Shown piece by piece: positions 39,201 to 52,538 of a stretch of DNA of 64,000 nucleotides. A program made the translations under genes and the position numbers. The stretch is taken from NCBI GenBank assembly GCA_964016885.1, contig OZ024743.1:128216001-128280000 (forward strand). The letters are read 5' to 3'. A model generated the notes under the pieces. That model was not told the DNA's origin. It did no database searches and saw only the letters and a program-made list of their open reading frames with translations. Each line of letters starts with the position of its first letter. The first letter of the stretch is position 1. Source of the stretch: Eledone cirrhosa (taxonomy: Eukaryota).

Positions 39201-39786
39201 CCCCTCCTACTCTTCTCCCCTCTCTACCATGTCCAACCCATGCCAGTATTGCAAAGCCAAAGTAAACCTTCTCTGATTCACCTCTTCAGCTCAACTCATA
39301 TCCTTCACTTCTCACTCACATTCCAGACTCAATAATCCCATCCAACTCATACCAATACGCAAATCGAGGCACATTCCACAATATGTCACCACCCACTTGC
39401 TTCAAGGCCACCTCTCCCCCAGCAAGTAGCATTAGCCTGTACCTCCCTCTTTTTTCTCTCACCTGACCAAGGACACATTGAGCACTTGTACTGATATCAT
39501 AATGGTAGTAGTGTTGGTGCCATGACAATATATATATATATATGCCCCAGCATGGCCTCAGCCAGATGGCTGGAACAGGTAAAAGAGTAAAAGAGGATAT
39601 ATATATATATATACACACACACACTCTCTCTCTCTTTCTCACACACACATAAATGATGGTGATATATGTATGTGTATTGCAAATTTCTGGTAGATTGACA
39701 ATGGCCAAGGGTGCACCTGTAGATGAATGAATAATCTGTGTATAACACAGTGTGTATGAGTGTGTGTATGTGAGTTTGCAAGTGTG

Positions 39787-39831
<45 letters not shown>

Positions 39832-40733
39832 AAGTGTGTATGTGTGTAATAATGTGAATTTGAGAGTCTAGTGTCAAGTAACTGTACAACTAGCATAAAG
39901 GAAATATTTATAATGAGAATGAATAATGTTTTCAATGAAGGAAACAGCTTGTAATAAATAATGATTTCTCATTTTGACACAAGGCCAGCAATTTGGGGGA
40001 GTAGCAAGTCAATTAAATTGACCCCTGTACTTAACTGCTATTATATTTTATCACCCTCAAGAGGATGAAACGCTAAGTTGACCGTGGCAAGGTTTTAATT
40101 CAGAACATAGTTAGCTGGAACAATTACTGCTAAACATTTGTCCAATAGTCATCATGGTATTATACAATAAATAATAAAGTAGTTAGAGGTAGATCGAGGA
40201 ATGAGCACTGAAGGCAGAGGATGTACAAAAGCTGGAAAGAAGCAAAGTAAACATGCTCTGCTGGATGGGAAAGCAGATTCTAGCATGATGTTTCTCACAA
40301 AAACTACCAGAGAATGCAACATGTCATGAGACACTGTTTTTCTATTGTACTACACTGCTTATCAGCAACTTCACATTCTATTTCTTTTCTTTTGAAAAAG
40401 AGCTCTTAATCTTGTATTATCATGAAATATAATGTAGAAGTGTAAACTGTTTTTTCATAGTTTAATCTACTTTAGTTTTCACTTTTGGTGATAGAAAGAG
40501 TATCTAGCTATAGAAAATCTACCAATCAAAGTGCTAGGAGGACTCCTCAGCTGTGTCAAAGACAATCTCCTTAGTTCTAGTGCCATGATAAAATGCACTC
40601 AGTGCACTCAGAAAAGTGTCAAAATGTACACAAATGAGATATGGCACCCCCATCACATCAAAAAATTAGCTCTGTAGTACTGACTTAGTCTGGGATGACT
40701 CATTCAATCTTTGCTAGCAGGGAAAAGAGATGA

Positions 40734-40764
<31 letters not shown>

Positions 40765-43700
40765 CGATAACAATGATAATGATTGTTACCAGCTTTCCTA
40801 AACTATCATAACCACATATCTCACAAGCTTTCATAGAAACTACATATCATCATCATAATTTTACATGTTTTTCATGCTGGCATGGGTTGGACAGGTCAAC
40901 ATGGTCCGAGGTTAGACAGGGCAAGGAACCACGTCTTGCTAATTTGCAGGATTTCTACAGCTAGAAGCCCTTCCCAACACCAAACATTTTATAGAGTGTA
41001 CTGGATGCATTTTATCATGGCATCACCATGACCCGTATCAACCATTTTATTTTCTGTTATGTATTTGACTTTCATAGTAACTATCTGCCATGCTTTGAAG
41101 CATAGAGTTACGTCCCTTTATGATCTGAGTTCAAATCCCGCCGAGGTTAATTTTGCCTTTCATCCTTACGGGGTTGATAAAATAAAGTACCAGTAATACA
41201 CTGGGTAATTGCTGGCTTTGTGCCAAAAGTAGAAACAATTATTTGTAACTATCTGATGATGTCATACCTGATGTTGCTGAAATGGGGATAATAAAATAAT
41301 TATGTAATTACACAAACCAGTCTTAACATTTATTTGTATGTATCATCAACCCTACTTATACTTTTCCATGCTGGTATGAGTTTGTCAGGATGTTTTGAGA
41401 CAATGTTTTACAGCGAGATACCATTCTTAGTATCAACGTTTTTTATATGGCTCTTATAACTCACAGGGATATACTGTACCTTTTCTAAAAACTGATACAT
41501 GCATACATACACATACAAATCATATGCACATGCACACATGTAACTCCAAACATCCACATCCACACATACATTAACATCCATACCTGCACACACATGCATG
41601 CATGCATGGATGCAGACATGCATACATATCTACCTAGTAGGTGTTGTTTAAATTCCAATGAGAGAGTCTTATGTCTATGTTAGAAACCGACTCTCTCTCT
41701 ATTGGGAACAAATTTATAAAATTATAAAACCAGAACATACACACATATATATATAATATTGGGTATGAATCAAAGTTGTAGCCACCATATAGCAGGTACT
41801 TATGCATATATATATATACACCTAAAGTCTGTAATTGGTACAAAATGAAGGTCACTACACTTACCTGTGGGTAACATATTTTGAAGTGACTCTCTATGTT
41901 CTCCTCTAGAAGTGGATCAACACCCATCAATGGTTTAATCACAGACACTCCAGGCAGTTCGTCATGTTCTAATAATGGATTTGTTTGTTGGTACAAACAC
42001 AACCGGCTGAGAAATAAAGAAAAAGAAAGTAAATATAACAAACACATACCTTTTCATTGATGTAACCCTTTTAATACTAACCTGCCTGAAACCACCCATG
42101 TTTCTTTGATAAAACACTCCATTTTAAAGTGCTTATATCTAAATTGAAACCATCATTATTAGTAAGAACTTTGTTATGTTCTTAAGACCAACTTAATGAA
42201 ATTCTTGATTATTTTCAAAATTAATTGAGACAAATTTAAAGTATTTCATGAGAAATGTGGTCACAAAAGGGGTTAAACAAGATAACATAAACACATGCAT
42301 TATCAATTGTGTTTAAACAAGACTATATAACAAACATATACTTTAACAATAGTGTTTAAAGAAGGCTATATAAGAATGGTGTTGAAACTACACTATATAA
42401 CAAACATAAATCCTATCAATCATATTTAAACTAGACTATATAACAAACCTTATCAATCATATTTAAAGAAGACTTTACAACATTAGTAATGGTATTTAAC
42501 CATTTTGTTACCATATTTCTAATTAAAAACACTCTATAATTTTCCAGTAATTTTGAAACTAATAAAAAATTTAAGGGATTTAGTAATATAATTTCCTCAT
42601 CATTAAGCTGGTGTTTGAAACATGTTATTTTTTTCATGAAATTATGATTAAAAGATTTTAGATAAATCGGGGAGAAGTGTGTACTTAATGATGACGGCGT
42701 ACTTGCCATCACCGACGCTGATAAGAAGGTAGCTTGGAAGTGTCACTATGAAAGGCTACTAAATGAGGAGAATAAATGGGAGAAAGACAGTCTCCCCCAC
42801 ATCAACCCAATAGAGGGACCAGCAGTGTTAGTCGAGGGTAGTATAATAAGTAAGGCAATCAAAGATATGAAGACGGGTAAGGCGGCTGGGCCTTCGGAAA
42901 TAGTTGCCGAGATGCTGAAGGCATCTGGTATGGTGGGACACACCATGGTCACCCGGATAGTTAACCAAGTCGTACAGAATGGGGTTGTTCCGAAGGACTG
43001 GCATAGCAGCATCATCGTTAACTGTTATAAGGGTAAACGAGATGCCCTAGATAGGAGTAACTATAGAGGCATTAAATTAATCGACCAGGTCATGAAGGTC
43101 ACAGAAAAAGTAATAGCGCAACTAATCAGAGAGAGAATTGATCTAGATGAAATGCAGTTCGGGTTTATGTCAGGCAAAAGTACCACAGACGCTCTTTTCA
43201 TTGTACGACAACTACAGGAGCAGTACCTAGCTAAAAGTAAACCCCTATACTTAGCTTTTGTCGACTTGGAGAAAGCCTTCGACAGAGTCCCCCGTTCCAT
43301 TATCTGGTAGGCTCTACAGGCTATAACAGAGGAGTTCAAGACCGGTTGCCCATGGGAACTCCTATACGCAGATGACCTAACACTCATAGCTGAATCAATG
43401 GCCGAGCTAGAGAAGAAATTCCAAACATGGAAGCACGGCCTAGAATCAAAGGCCTTAAAATTAACCTGGCTAAGACTAAAGTTCTTGTTTGTAAGAAAGA
43501 AAATAAGGCGGCGGTCCCTTCCGGGAAATGGCCATGCTCAGTGTGTAGGAAAGGTGTAGGTAGAAACTCCATTTTGTGTCCCAAATGCAAAGTATGGGTG
43601 CATAAAAGATGTAGTGGGATCACAGGTAAGCTAACTAAGAACATAGATTTCACATGTGGCCGGTGCTCTGGTGCAATAAGTAGCAGCAAGTGCCCACAAA

Positions 43701-46700
43701 ATACTGGCTCTTTCAACTGCGCAGAGGGTTCTATAGAAATAGTGGACAGCTTCCGTTACCTGGGTGACAAAATCAGCAGTGGGGGAGGGTGCTCTGAAAG
43801 TACAGTAGCTAGAGTCAGAACTGGATGGAAAAAGTTCAGAGAGCTTATACCACTATTAGCCGCTAAAGGGTTCTCCCTAAAAATGAAAGGCAGGTTGTAT
43901 GATGCCTGCATACGAACAGCAATGTTGCATGGCAGTGAGACCTGGGCATTGTGTGCAGAGGATATACGCAGACTAGAGAGGAACGAAGCTTGCATGCTCC
44001 GCTGGATGTGTAATAGTAATATACGTGAACGGCAAAGCATAAACGAACTAAGGAAAAAATTAGAAATAAGAGGGATCAGATGTTGTTTACTCAAGAGAAG
44101 GCTACGTTGGTATGGTCACGTGATGCGCATGAAAGACGATAGCTGTATAACAAAGTGCAGGGCAATAAAGATAGACGGTAGCCACGGAATAGGCAGACCC
44201 AGAAAAACCTGGGACGAGCTGATAAATTCCGACCTCACACACTTACACCTCTCCAAGACAATGTCACTGGACCGAGACCTTTGGCGGTACTCAGTAATAG
44301 AGAAGACCCGCCTTACTTAAATACAAAGTAAAACCTACTACAGTCAGTAGGCATCTCTAACAAAATACACCCCCTCCCACCACCCCCACCCCATTCACAC
44401 CGCCCCTTTCAATGTAAAGTTATGTTGGTGCCACAACATCCAGGCCGAAACAAATGAGATCGTGTAGGTGTCATGACAAAAAAAACACACAGTTCACGCT
44501 GTAATGTGGCCGTGTAGGCAACACGGTAAAAACCTCCCAGCCCCACACTGTAAATGTGGTTGGTGTTAGGAAGGGCATCCAGCTGTAGAAAACCCGCCAG
44601 ATAGTCCTATGCGAGCAAGATAATCACTCTTGCCTCAAGTGGGAAAACCCCCGTCCAAACCCATGCAAGCGTGGAACACAGACGTTAAACGTTGATGATG
44701 ATGATGATGATGATGATGATAGGATGGACCTCTGTGGTTTCAACAATAAATGCTCCAACTGATCCATCAATGGAACAGCCTCTGCACCTGAAATTAACAC
44801 GGAGGTGACATAGCATTCCATAGTATACCCTTACCGTAATTCTCAGAGAGGTTCAGTGTGACATAGTGGGTGACAACGCTGGTCATTTGAATTACATGTA
44901 CAGCCCATCTAATGGGCTTCAAAGTAGTTTCCAGCAACCCACTTTTACTCACAAGGTGTGATGACATGCAGTGGAATGGAACCTGGGACCAAATGATTGG
45001 AAAGCAAACTCCATAACAATTCGGCCATACTGTATTCACAGATAAATATATAGACTTTAAAATAAACAGTTTGGTATAGTAGAATAAGGGGTAGTTTTAA
45101 TCAGTTTGGTATCAAAAGGTTTAAATATATATATTTAAACACAACTGCTGCAGCTTTCTTTTTTGTGTGCCCCAGTCAAAAGAGGAAAGGCAGTGCCCAT
45201 GACCCTTTTTAGGGCCTTTGGAAAGTGACAGGAGGAAGGCAGAAAGATATCTTCAGATCTGGCATAAATGCTTGCAACAGAAAGGACACCTATGGACCAG
45301 GTAATGGTTCTGGTTTCCTGCACTCAAATCCGAACCAAGTAGACATTGCCTTTTATACTTTTGGAGTTGATAAAGTAAAGAATTAGAACAGTACAGTGAA
45401 TTGATAGAATTGTTAGTACAACGGATAAGATGCCTTGGGGTATTTGTTCTGGCTCTTTGCATTCTAAGTTCAAATTTCATATATTACCTACTTCCATGTT
45501 AGACTTTATCATGGCACCAGCACTGCCATTTTACAAAGTGCATTGGGTGCATTTTATCATGGTACCACCGAAGCATCTTTATGGCATGTACTGGATGCAT
45601 TTTATAATGGTGCAGCACTACCACTTTACAGACAGTACTGGTACATTTTATCACATCAGCAGTACCACATTAAAGAGTGTACTGGTGTATTTTATCAGGG
45701 TACCACCTATTATCTCTTTACAGATTGTGCTCTGTGCATCTTACTGTACAGAATGTACCAGGTGTATTTTTTTGTGGCATCTGCACTACCAGTTTATAGA
45801 ACATACTGCACCAGTACTACCACTCTACACAGTATAGTGAGTACATTTTATCATTGTACTAGCACTGCCATCTTACTGAATGTCCTGGTTGCATTTTATC
45901 ATGGCATCAGCACTACCACTTTACATAGCGTACTGGGTACATTTTACCATGACAAGAACACTGTCACTTTACATAGCATACTGGGTACCTTTTACCGTGA
46001 CAACAACACTACCACTTTACATAGCGTACTGGGTACATTTTACCATGACAAGAACACTGCCATTTTACATAGCATACTGGGTACCTTTTACCGTGACAAC
46101 AACACTACCACTTTACATTGCATACTGGGTACATTTTACTGTGACAACACTACCACTTTACATAGCGTACTGGGTACATTTTACTGTGACAACAACACTA
46201 CCACTTTACATAGCGTACTGGGTACATTTTACTGTGACAACAACACTACCACTTTACATAGCGTACTGGGTACATTTTACTCTGACAACAACACTACCAC
46301 TTTACATAGCGTACTGGGTACATTTTACTGTGACAACAACACTACCACTTTACATAGCGTACTGGGTACATTTTACTGTGACAACAGCACTACCACTTTA
46401 CATAGCGTACTGGGTACATTTTACTGTGACAACAACACTACCACTTTACATAGCGTACTGGGTACATTTTACCGTGACAACAGCACTACAACTTTACATA
46501 GCATACTGGGAACATATTACTGTGACATCAGCACTACGACTTTACATAGTGTACTGGGTACATTTGACTGTGACACCAACACTACCACTTTACATAGCGT
46601 ACTGGGTACATTTTACTGTGACAACAACACTACCACTTTACATAGCGTACTGGGTACATTTGACTGTGACACCAACATTACCACTTTACATAGCGTACTG

Positions 46701-47420
46701 GGTACATTTTACTGTGACAACAACACTACCACTTTACATAGCGTACTGGGTACATTTTACCATGACACCAACACTACCACTTTACATAGCATACTGGGTA
46801 CATTTTACCTTGACACCAATACTACCACTTTACATAGCGTACTGGGTACATTTTACCATGACACCAACACTACCACTTTACATAGCATACTGGGTACATT
46901 TTACCATGACCCAGAACTACAACTTTACATAGCGTACTGGGTACATTTTACCATGACCCAGAACTACAACTTTACATAGCGTACTGGGTACATTTTACCA
47001 TCACCCAGAACTACAACTTTACATAGCATACTGGGTACATTTTACCGTGACAACAGAACTACCACTTTACATAGCGTACTGGGTACATTTTAACGTGACA
47101 ACAGAACTACAACTTTACATAGCGTACTGGGTACATTTTACCGTGACAACAGCACTACGACTTTACATAGCATACTGGGTACATTTTACCGTGACAACAG
47201 AACTACAACTTTACATAGCGTACTGGGTACATTTTACCGTGACAACAGCACTATGACTTTAAAAAGTGTCCTAGCAAAATTCTATTGCAAACACAACAGA
47301 AAACACCATAACTTACCCACTGAACAATGAGACCATCAGGGCAAATGCAGTGAAGAAATAGACTAGTAAACCAGTTAATCCCAAAAAGAACAAAACATGT
47401 GCATACACCTGCTCCTCCAT
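27102..47420 (-). CDS. UGCG: Ceramide glucosyltransferase (GT21/UGCG)-like, 405 aa, complement(join(27102..27293,28705..28897,30632..30718,31381..31559,32272..32387,32957..33058,33854..33956,41865..42006,47317..47420))
   Basis: Nine GT-AG exons splice in frame (1218 nt). The protein has an N-terminal TM segment, LPGVSVIKPLMGVDP, LFCVQDDQDPA, VGLVHQMP, VYFG..PRY, GMS, LAEDY, RMVRW, EPLTEC and DYLQL, colinear with human UGCG as recalled. It may be a divergent paralogue. Confidence 0.92.
27800..28190 (-). mobile_element. Degenerate RTE fragment in UGCG-like intron 8
   Basis: QGSVL, LQAITEEFKT and SGKWPFSVCRKGLGRNS. Confidence 0.75.
28705..28897 (-). CDS. UGCG: UGCG-like coding exon 8
   Basis: WLRLRFSM...EPLTEC...IDYLQLKNIQ|gtgagc. 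Confidence 0.95.
29150..30590 (-). mobile_element. Degenerate RTE-type RT remnant in UGCG-like intron 7
   Basis: PIFKKGD...NYRGISLL, FCFV..KKAYD.VP and GVGLH.G; many frameshifts. Confidence 0.8.
30632..30718 (-). CDS. UGCG: UGCG-like coding exon 7
   Basis: GYSLVISAFPAQQNVGLLSMANYKDRMVR. Confidence 0.93.
31381..31559 (-). CDS. UGCG: UGCG-like coding exon 6
   Basis: VYFGCVVPRY...GMSYLLKK...YLAEDYYLGRAIRDR. Confidence 0.95.
32272..32387 (-). CDS. UGCG: UGCG-like coding exon 5
   Basis: ANSDILYDMVGKMLKPNVGLVHQMPFTTDQSGFAAAVEK. Confidence 0.93.
32957..33058 (-). CDS. UGCG: UGCG-like coding exon 4
   Basis: GNNGIVNPLVKNMSPAYKAAKYGYIWVSTSRIK. Confidence 0.92.
33854..33956 (-). CDS. UGCG: UGCG-like coding exon 3
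   Basis: IELLFCVQDDQDPAIALVRRLQTKYPKVDSHLFIG. Confidence 0.95.
34786..36072 (+). mobile_element. Full-length degenerate mariner transposon
   Basis: TIRs gagttgcactcaagtagttttgaga / tctcaaaacatcttgagtgtacctc; WVP.GQ.VNKEYY, HQDNAP and HPPYSSDLA; disrupted by stops and frameshifts. Confidence 0.88.
36678..37725. repeat. Compound GAT/GGT/GTT minisatellite, unit about 27-33 bp
   Basis: gatgatggtggcggtggttgtgttgttgtt repeated about 35 times; the source of the spurious long ORFs here. Confidence 0.95.
38149..38390. mobile_element. Tc1/mariner-type MITE
   Basis: TA-flanked TIRs caggatgagtcataagtaac / gttatttatgactcaccctg. Confidence 0.75.
38410..39190 (+). mobile_element. Degenerate RTE RT fragment
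   Basis: KMKNG, MLKAAG, YKGKG, YRAIK and FGFVPGK. Confidence 0.7.
41865..42006 (-). CDS. UGCG: UGCG-like coding exon 2
   Basis: RLCLY...LPGVSVIKPLMGVDP...CYPQ|gtaagt. Confidence 0.95.
42660..44720 (+). mobile_element. RTE-clade LINE, 5'-truncated and internally deleted, in UGCG-like intron 1
   Basis: ORFs 42825..43310 and 43427..44320 contain FVDLEKAFDRVP, a Cys/His finger and RLRWYGHV; LYADDL lies between them; 3' UTR ends in (GAT)n. Confidence 0.93.
45500..47255. repeat. 48-bp minisatellite (about 28 conserved units from ~45900, degenerate units before)
   Basis: Unit actaccactttacatagcgtactgggtacattttactgtgacaacaac. Confidence 0.95.
47317..47420 (-). CDS. UGCG: UGCG-like coding exon 1 (MEEQVYAHVLFFLGLTGLLVYFFTAFALMVSLFSG)
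   Basis: An acceptor ttcttcag 9 nt before the ATG implies an upstream non-coding exon; donor GG|gtaagt; encodes a TM helix. Confidence 0.85.
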
Positions 47421-47681
47421 CACTGGACACTGAAGAAGAAATAGAGAAAGATTTTAGATTAGGAAACAGGTGAGAAGGTGGGTCAACAGGTAATGACATC
47501 ATAAAACTAATTAGTGTGATGAAGGTAACACATACAACTAATTAGTGGTGTAGAGGAAAAAAATACAAAAGATAAACAATAACATATGCATACAGCATAC
47601 ACATAATACACACATATATGCAAGCATGGAAAAATAGAGATTAAATGGTAATAATGATATACATATATACTTAATTGGCAG

Positions 47682-47726
<45 letters not shown>

Positions 47727-48194
47727 AATATTAATAATAAATTTGAAGACTAAAATCCAAAGAGGGCTCGATAAGGATAAGAATATATCAAATATATAAG
47801 AACCCTAGAGCAAATATTTATTAAAATAACAGATTAAAGTTTAAGCAAAGTATCGTCTTCTTGTTTTCCTTCGGTTGCAACGTTTTTCGAAATATTTACT
47901 TCTGCGTTCACAGATTGATTTTTTTTAGTTTCAGAAGATTCATTAAGGGTGAAAGCAGCGATTCTTTGCTTAAACTTTAATCTGTTATTTTAATTAATAT
48001 ATATATATATATAAATTAGAAAATAGAATAGCTTTCACCGTATTTTTTACTAAAGAAATTTTAGCCTGATAATGGGGTCAGATAAATGGAAAAAGATGAG
48101 TATTGATGTACAAAATATAGTCAAAAATATGGTGAAAGCTATTCTATTTTCTAATTTCAAACCTGCTCACTGTTTCAAAACATACTTACTCATA

Positions 48195-48660
48195 TACAGG
48201 ATGTGGACGATATTTGTTCGCAAGATTACTGTCTAGGATAAATAACACAGTAGTTTTATTTTTTAAGATTTATTTATCAAACTGGGGTCAGTTTGTCTTC
48301 ATGACTTGTTCTTTCGATCTCACTCGATAAACCCGCCATTGGCTTTGATGACGGCCTCGGAACCAGCTACAGGCCTTCGTCACTGTCCCCCGACTTAGGC
48401 CCCTAAAGGCACTTGTGATCCTAGCCTTCAGATCGTCTTTCGTATTGCAGCTAGAGCTGTTGGTGTCTCGTTCCACTGTGCCCCACACAAAGAAGTTGAG
48501 AGGGTTATAGTCAGGCGAGCTGGGAGGCTAGATGTCAGGTGAAGTGTGGTCGACGAAGTTCTGACAGCCAGGCTTGGGTCTTTCGGCTGGTATAACAGGG
48601 CGCTGAGTCTTGCTGCCACACGTACGGCCTACCTGCAGCTAACTGGTCAATCCAGGGCTT
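48195..48660 (-). mobile_element. Tc1/maT-like transposase 3' remnant
   Basis: PSSPDYNPLNFFVWG...DDLKARI...KAC..FR; TA-CAGG terminus at 48195. Confidence 0.7.
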
Positions 48661-48789
48661 TACTACCTCACTCAGAACGCGGATGTAGCCATACAATATA
48701 TATTAATACACAAACATATATATATATATATATATACACATATATTTACATACATATATATGTATGTTTATGTATTATACAATGAGAGC

Positions 48790-49360
48790 CTACTATAAAA
48801 ATGATAGCACTCACCACCTAATCAGGGATAGGTTTACATCACTGGCTCTCTTCACCACAGTTATCCCTGTGCATCTTCCACATACAAAGGGTTCCCTTTC
48901 TTTTAGTCTACCTATTATCCAACTACATCTTCTGTACCCAAGATTTACATCGTGTACATCAAATGGAGTTTATGCCTACCTCCTTTCTACATATTAAGCA
49001 GGGCCATTTCCATGATGGAATCCGGGTCCTATCTTCTCTCCTACTCACTAGCACTTTAGTTTTGGCTAAGTTTACTCTCAAACCTTTTGATTCCAAATTC
49101 AGTTTCCATAGTATGAACTTATTGTATAGTTCTTTAATGGATTCAGATAAAAGGACCAGATCATCTGCTAGAAAAGTTCCCATGGACAGCCAGTCTTAAA
49201 CTCCTCTGTTATACCTTGGAGAAATTTAATGAATAGCAGTGGGTTAAGAACTGAACCCTGATGAATTCTAACCTTGAATTCTTCACTAAAACCACTTCCT
49301 ATTCTCACTTTTCTGACAGTTCCTCTGTACATGGCTTGACACTGCTCTCACCAACCAAAT
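48790..49360 (-). mobile_element. Degenerate RTE fragment
   Basis: HQGSVL, ADDLVL and GLRVNLAKTKV. Confidence 0.75.
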
Positions 49361-50104
49361 TTTGATTAACGGAGGAAAGCCTTATACACCATCATTCATC
49401 CCTTCTCAAAGTGTTTCAAAGTCAAGGTGAATGGGTTGTAGCCCTGGATAACGGCTCATTCCAAGTACAGTCAGCCAGAGCCAGCAGGGCCTGGATTAGT
49501 GACATGAAATATTTGGTCCAGCACTTTACTATTTGCACAAACACTACACTCACATACAACAAAACATTAAATACTTCTCTGCTGAATGTATCATAGAAAT
49601 ATTAACCCCTTGGTAATACCACAAATTTCAGGAGAGTGCTAGGATCATGGGTGTTGTCACTCCTCCTTTGATACTAACTAATACCAAACAAAGTTGAAGT
49701 GATTTTCACTTGCTTCTCTAGGATCAAAAGAAGACTTTAACTCATAATAACAAGCTAACAAAACAGTCTTTGATTATATAAGGCTCCCACTTCTGAACCT
49801 ACCATTATAGTACCTATTCATATCTTGATATCTTGACTCTAGTGAGGGAATATGATTTTTTTCTTTCTTTTTGTTGCTATTTAGTCAAGAGGAACAGCAG
49901 TACCCTTGACTCTTTTCAGGGGCTTGAAGACTGGTGGAAGGAAGAAAACAGCATCCTTATACAGGAGACTTGTAAAGTGGTCTCCATTGAAGGCATCCAA
50001 GGGCCAGGTAGTGATATTAAACTAGGTGACAGGTTAAGTCTAACACTAGTGTGTGCATGTGTGTGTAAAAAGTAAGGTGTATAGGAGAGAATATAATAAA
50101 AGTG

Positions 50105-50180
50105 ACAGTAGTAGTGGTAGTAGTAGTAGTAGTAGTAGCAGTAGTAGTAGTAGTAGTAGTAGTGGCAGCAGCAACAGTAA

Positions 50181-50210
<30 letters not shown>
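50105..50210. repeat. (AGT)n microsatellite
   Basis: Read directly. Confidence 0.9.
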
Positions 50211-50211
<1 letters not shown>

Positions 50212-52420
50212 TACTGTTTAGCCCCTGGTCAGCTTTCATCCAACAAACTGAAAGATTGAAGACCATTAATGATTTCTTTATATGGATACCTTACTTTTAA
50301 TGAAGTGTAGATTTTTCTTTTACTTAGACATGAAGCCAACTGTTGAAAGAGATGAGTCATAACTTTGATAAGTTTTAATCAGTATTGAATCAGACTATGT
50401 TTAACTTAATAGCACCACCTGGCAAAGTCTTATTTTATACTTTCAACACCATAGCCTACTCATGTAGAAAGTAGTTGTTGGCTAGTACATATCTTGGTGT
50501 AGGTGGCTTATCTGTAATTTCTTGAAGAAACCATTTAAAGGTTAAGGGGTCCTTTTCTTCCATAGTTGATTTAATTATTCAATACACCACTTATTTTAAC
50601 AACTCTAAGAAAGACAAATTCAAGCCCAGCTAATTTAAATTTTGAAATCCTGTACTAAAATGCCTTTACAGTGGTACTGTACCTTGCCACCCACACTGTA
50701 ATGAATCTCAACACAATAGTAAGAGTATTGTATGATATAAACTTAACCACAGAATATTAATCATGTTCATCACCCTCAATATATATGCTAGTATTAATAG
50801 GAAATAGTAAAAAATGCATGTATTTGAAGAATGGAAGCATTTGATAATGAAACTGTTTACATTCTTGATTATATCTCTGATATCCTTCCATAGACACATG
50901 TTCACCAGTAGTACTAGCCATTGAGTCAACCAGTAAACCATTGTTATAAGTTAAAAAGTTGCTGTATTTTTATAGCAGAAATGACACATCATTTTCAGTG
51001 GACAGCATGCATTATCATATCTATGAATTAAAACAGACATAAAAATGATGACGGTGGTGGTAATGGTGATTATGATGATAGCAATGATGACAATGATGAT
51101 CCTTGCCAAGGCAGACTAAGTTCCATGTTTTTTTTTGTTTTTTTTTTCTTTTTCTTTTAGTGGGGGTACACTTTAAAGTACTCCTGGTTCAAGCTGAATC
51201 ACATCTTAAGTTTCTAACAACATTACGTGCATACAACAAACTTTTTCCAATAGGAGATGCTAGTCTGCAAGAGCTGGCCTACAAACTTTTTTATTGATTC
51301 TTACTTTCATCACCTCTTGAATGATGAATAGCTTGGTGATATAAGGAAGATGAAATTTTGAATTTCACAGCATTACAAAACAAAAAAAAAAAAAACATGA
51401 ACAGAAACAATACAGGGAAGAGGGGACACTTATTAGTCATACTGGACACAGAACCACTTCTCCGATTCTCATCATCATTAACATTTTATGTCTACTCTCC
51501 ATGCTCACATGGTTCATGTTTCACTTAATAGGTTCTATTTTTGATACGATTTGCATATCTGGAGGCCCTTTCTAAGGCCTACCACTTTACAGGGTGTACC
51601 TGGCGCATTTCATTGTGGCACCAGCACTAGCCTGGACTAATATTTTATTTTATCAACCCAAAATAGATAAAAGGCAAAGTTAACCTCAGTAAGGTTTGAC
51701 CTCAGTGGAGTTTACTCAGAGTGTAGAGAATTTGTAGTGAAAGATGTCAGTATGAAACAACATTCAATCAGCTATGACCATAACTTCTTTTTTCAGACAG
51801 TATATCCAATATGATTTTTTCTTTTTTCTTATTCTTTAATGATAGTTGTCTGGGGGAATTTTGCCTGTTATTTCTAGCAGGTCAATCAACTATGTTGAAC
51901 AGAAATTAGCAGCTTCTGTTTTTTTGTGTTCATGGCCCACATGTGTATTATATCACATCTTCCATATACAAATTGAAAAAGTCTGAGGCCCACAGAGAAT
52001 ACCTTAAAATCTTACTTTGGAGTATGGCCAATCTGTTGTTGACTCCTGATATATGTGATGATTGTGTAGGCCTATTTGTGAGTGGTGGTCCTTAGTGCGT
52101 CACAACAGATGAAGACTGAGTTGTCATGTGAACTTAATGGCTTCTACTTTAGTTATTTTAGTGCCTGCAGAGCATGCCTCCAGGTATTGCATTTTGCTAA
52201 TGGTGCTAATGTCAGTGTACAGGTTATGAAAAATAAGAGTAGCAGGCACTACAAGTATTTTAAGGCCATTTTCGCTGCAAGAAGCAGGAGCTAGCTTTGT
52301 GAGATCCATGGCAGGTTTCATATGCATCATGAGGTTTTCTTTTAAGCAATGTTTTACAGCTGAATGTCCTTCCATTTTAACTGCTTCTTATGATATACAG
52401 GAGTATGGTGTACTTATTCT

Positions 52421-52538
52421 AAACTGGATATACACAGACCAAACTGGATACATACAGACCAAACTGGATACATACAGACCAAACTGGATACATATAGACC
52501 AGACTTCATGTACACAGACTAAAGTGGATACATACAGA
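52421..52538. repeat. 20-bp tandem repeat (aaactggatacatacagacc), about 5 units
   Basis: Read directly. Confidence 0.8.

Noticed and set aside
45543-47256. 478-aa and 350-aa repetitive ORFs; possible CRISPR-like array
   Set aside because: Head-to-tail 48-bp units with no unique spacers and no cas genes. The frames stay open only because 48 is divisible by 3. The array is intronic.
52016-52071. Candidate 5' UTR exon of the UGCG-like gene
   Set aside because: Good donor (gtaaga) but a poor acceptor; it cannot be supported without transcripts.
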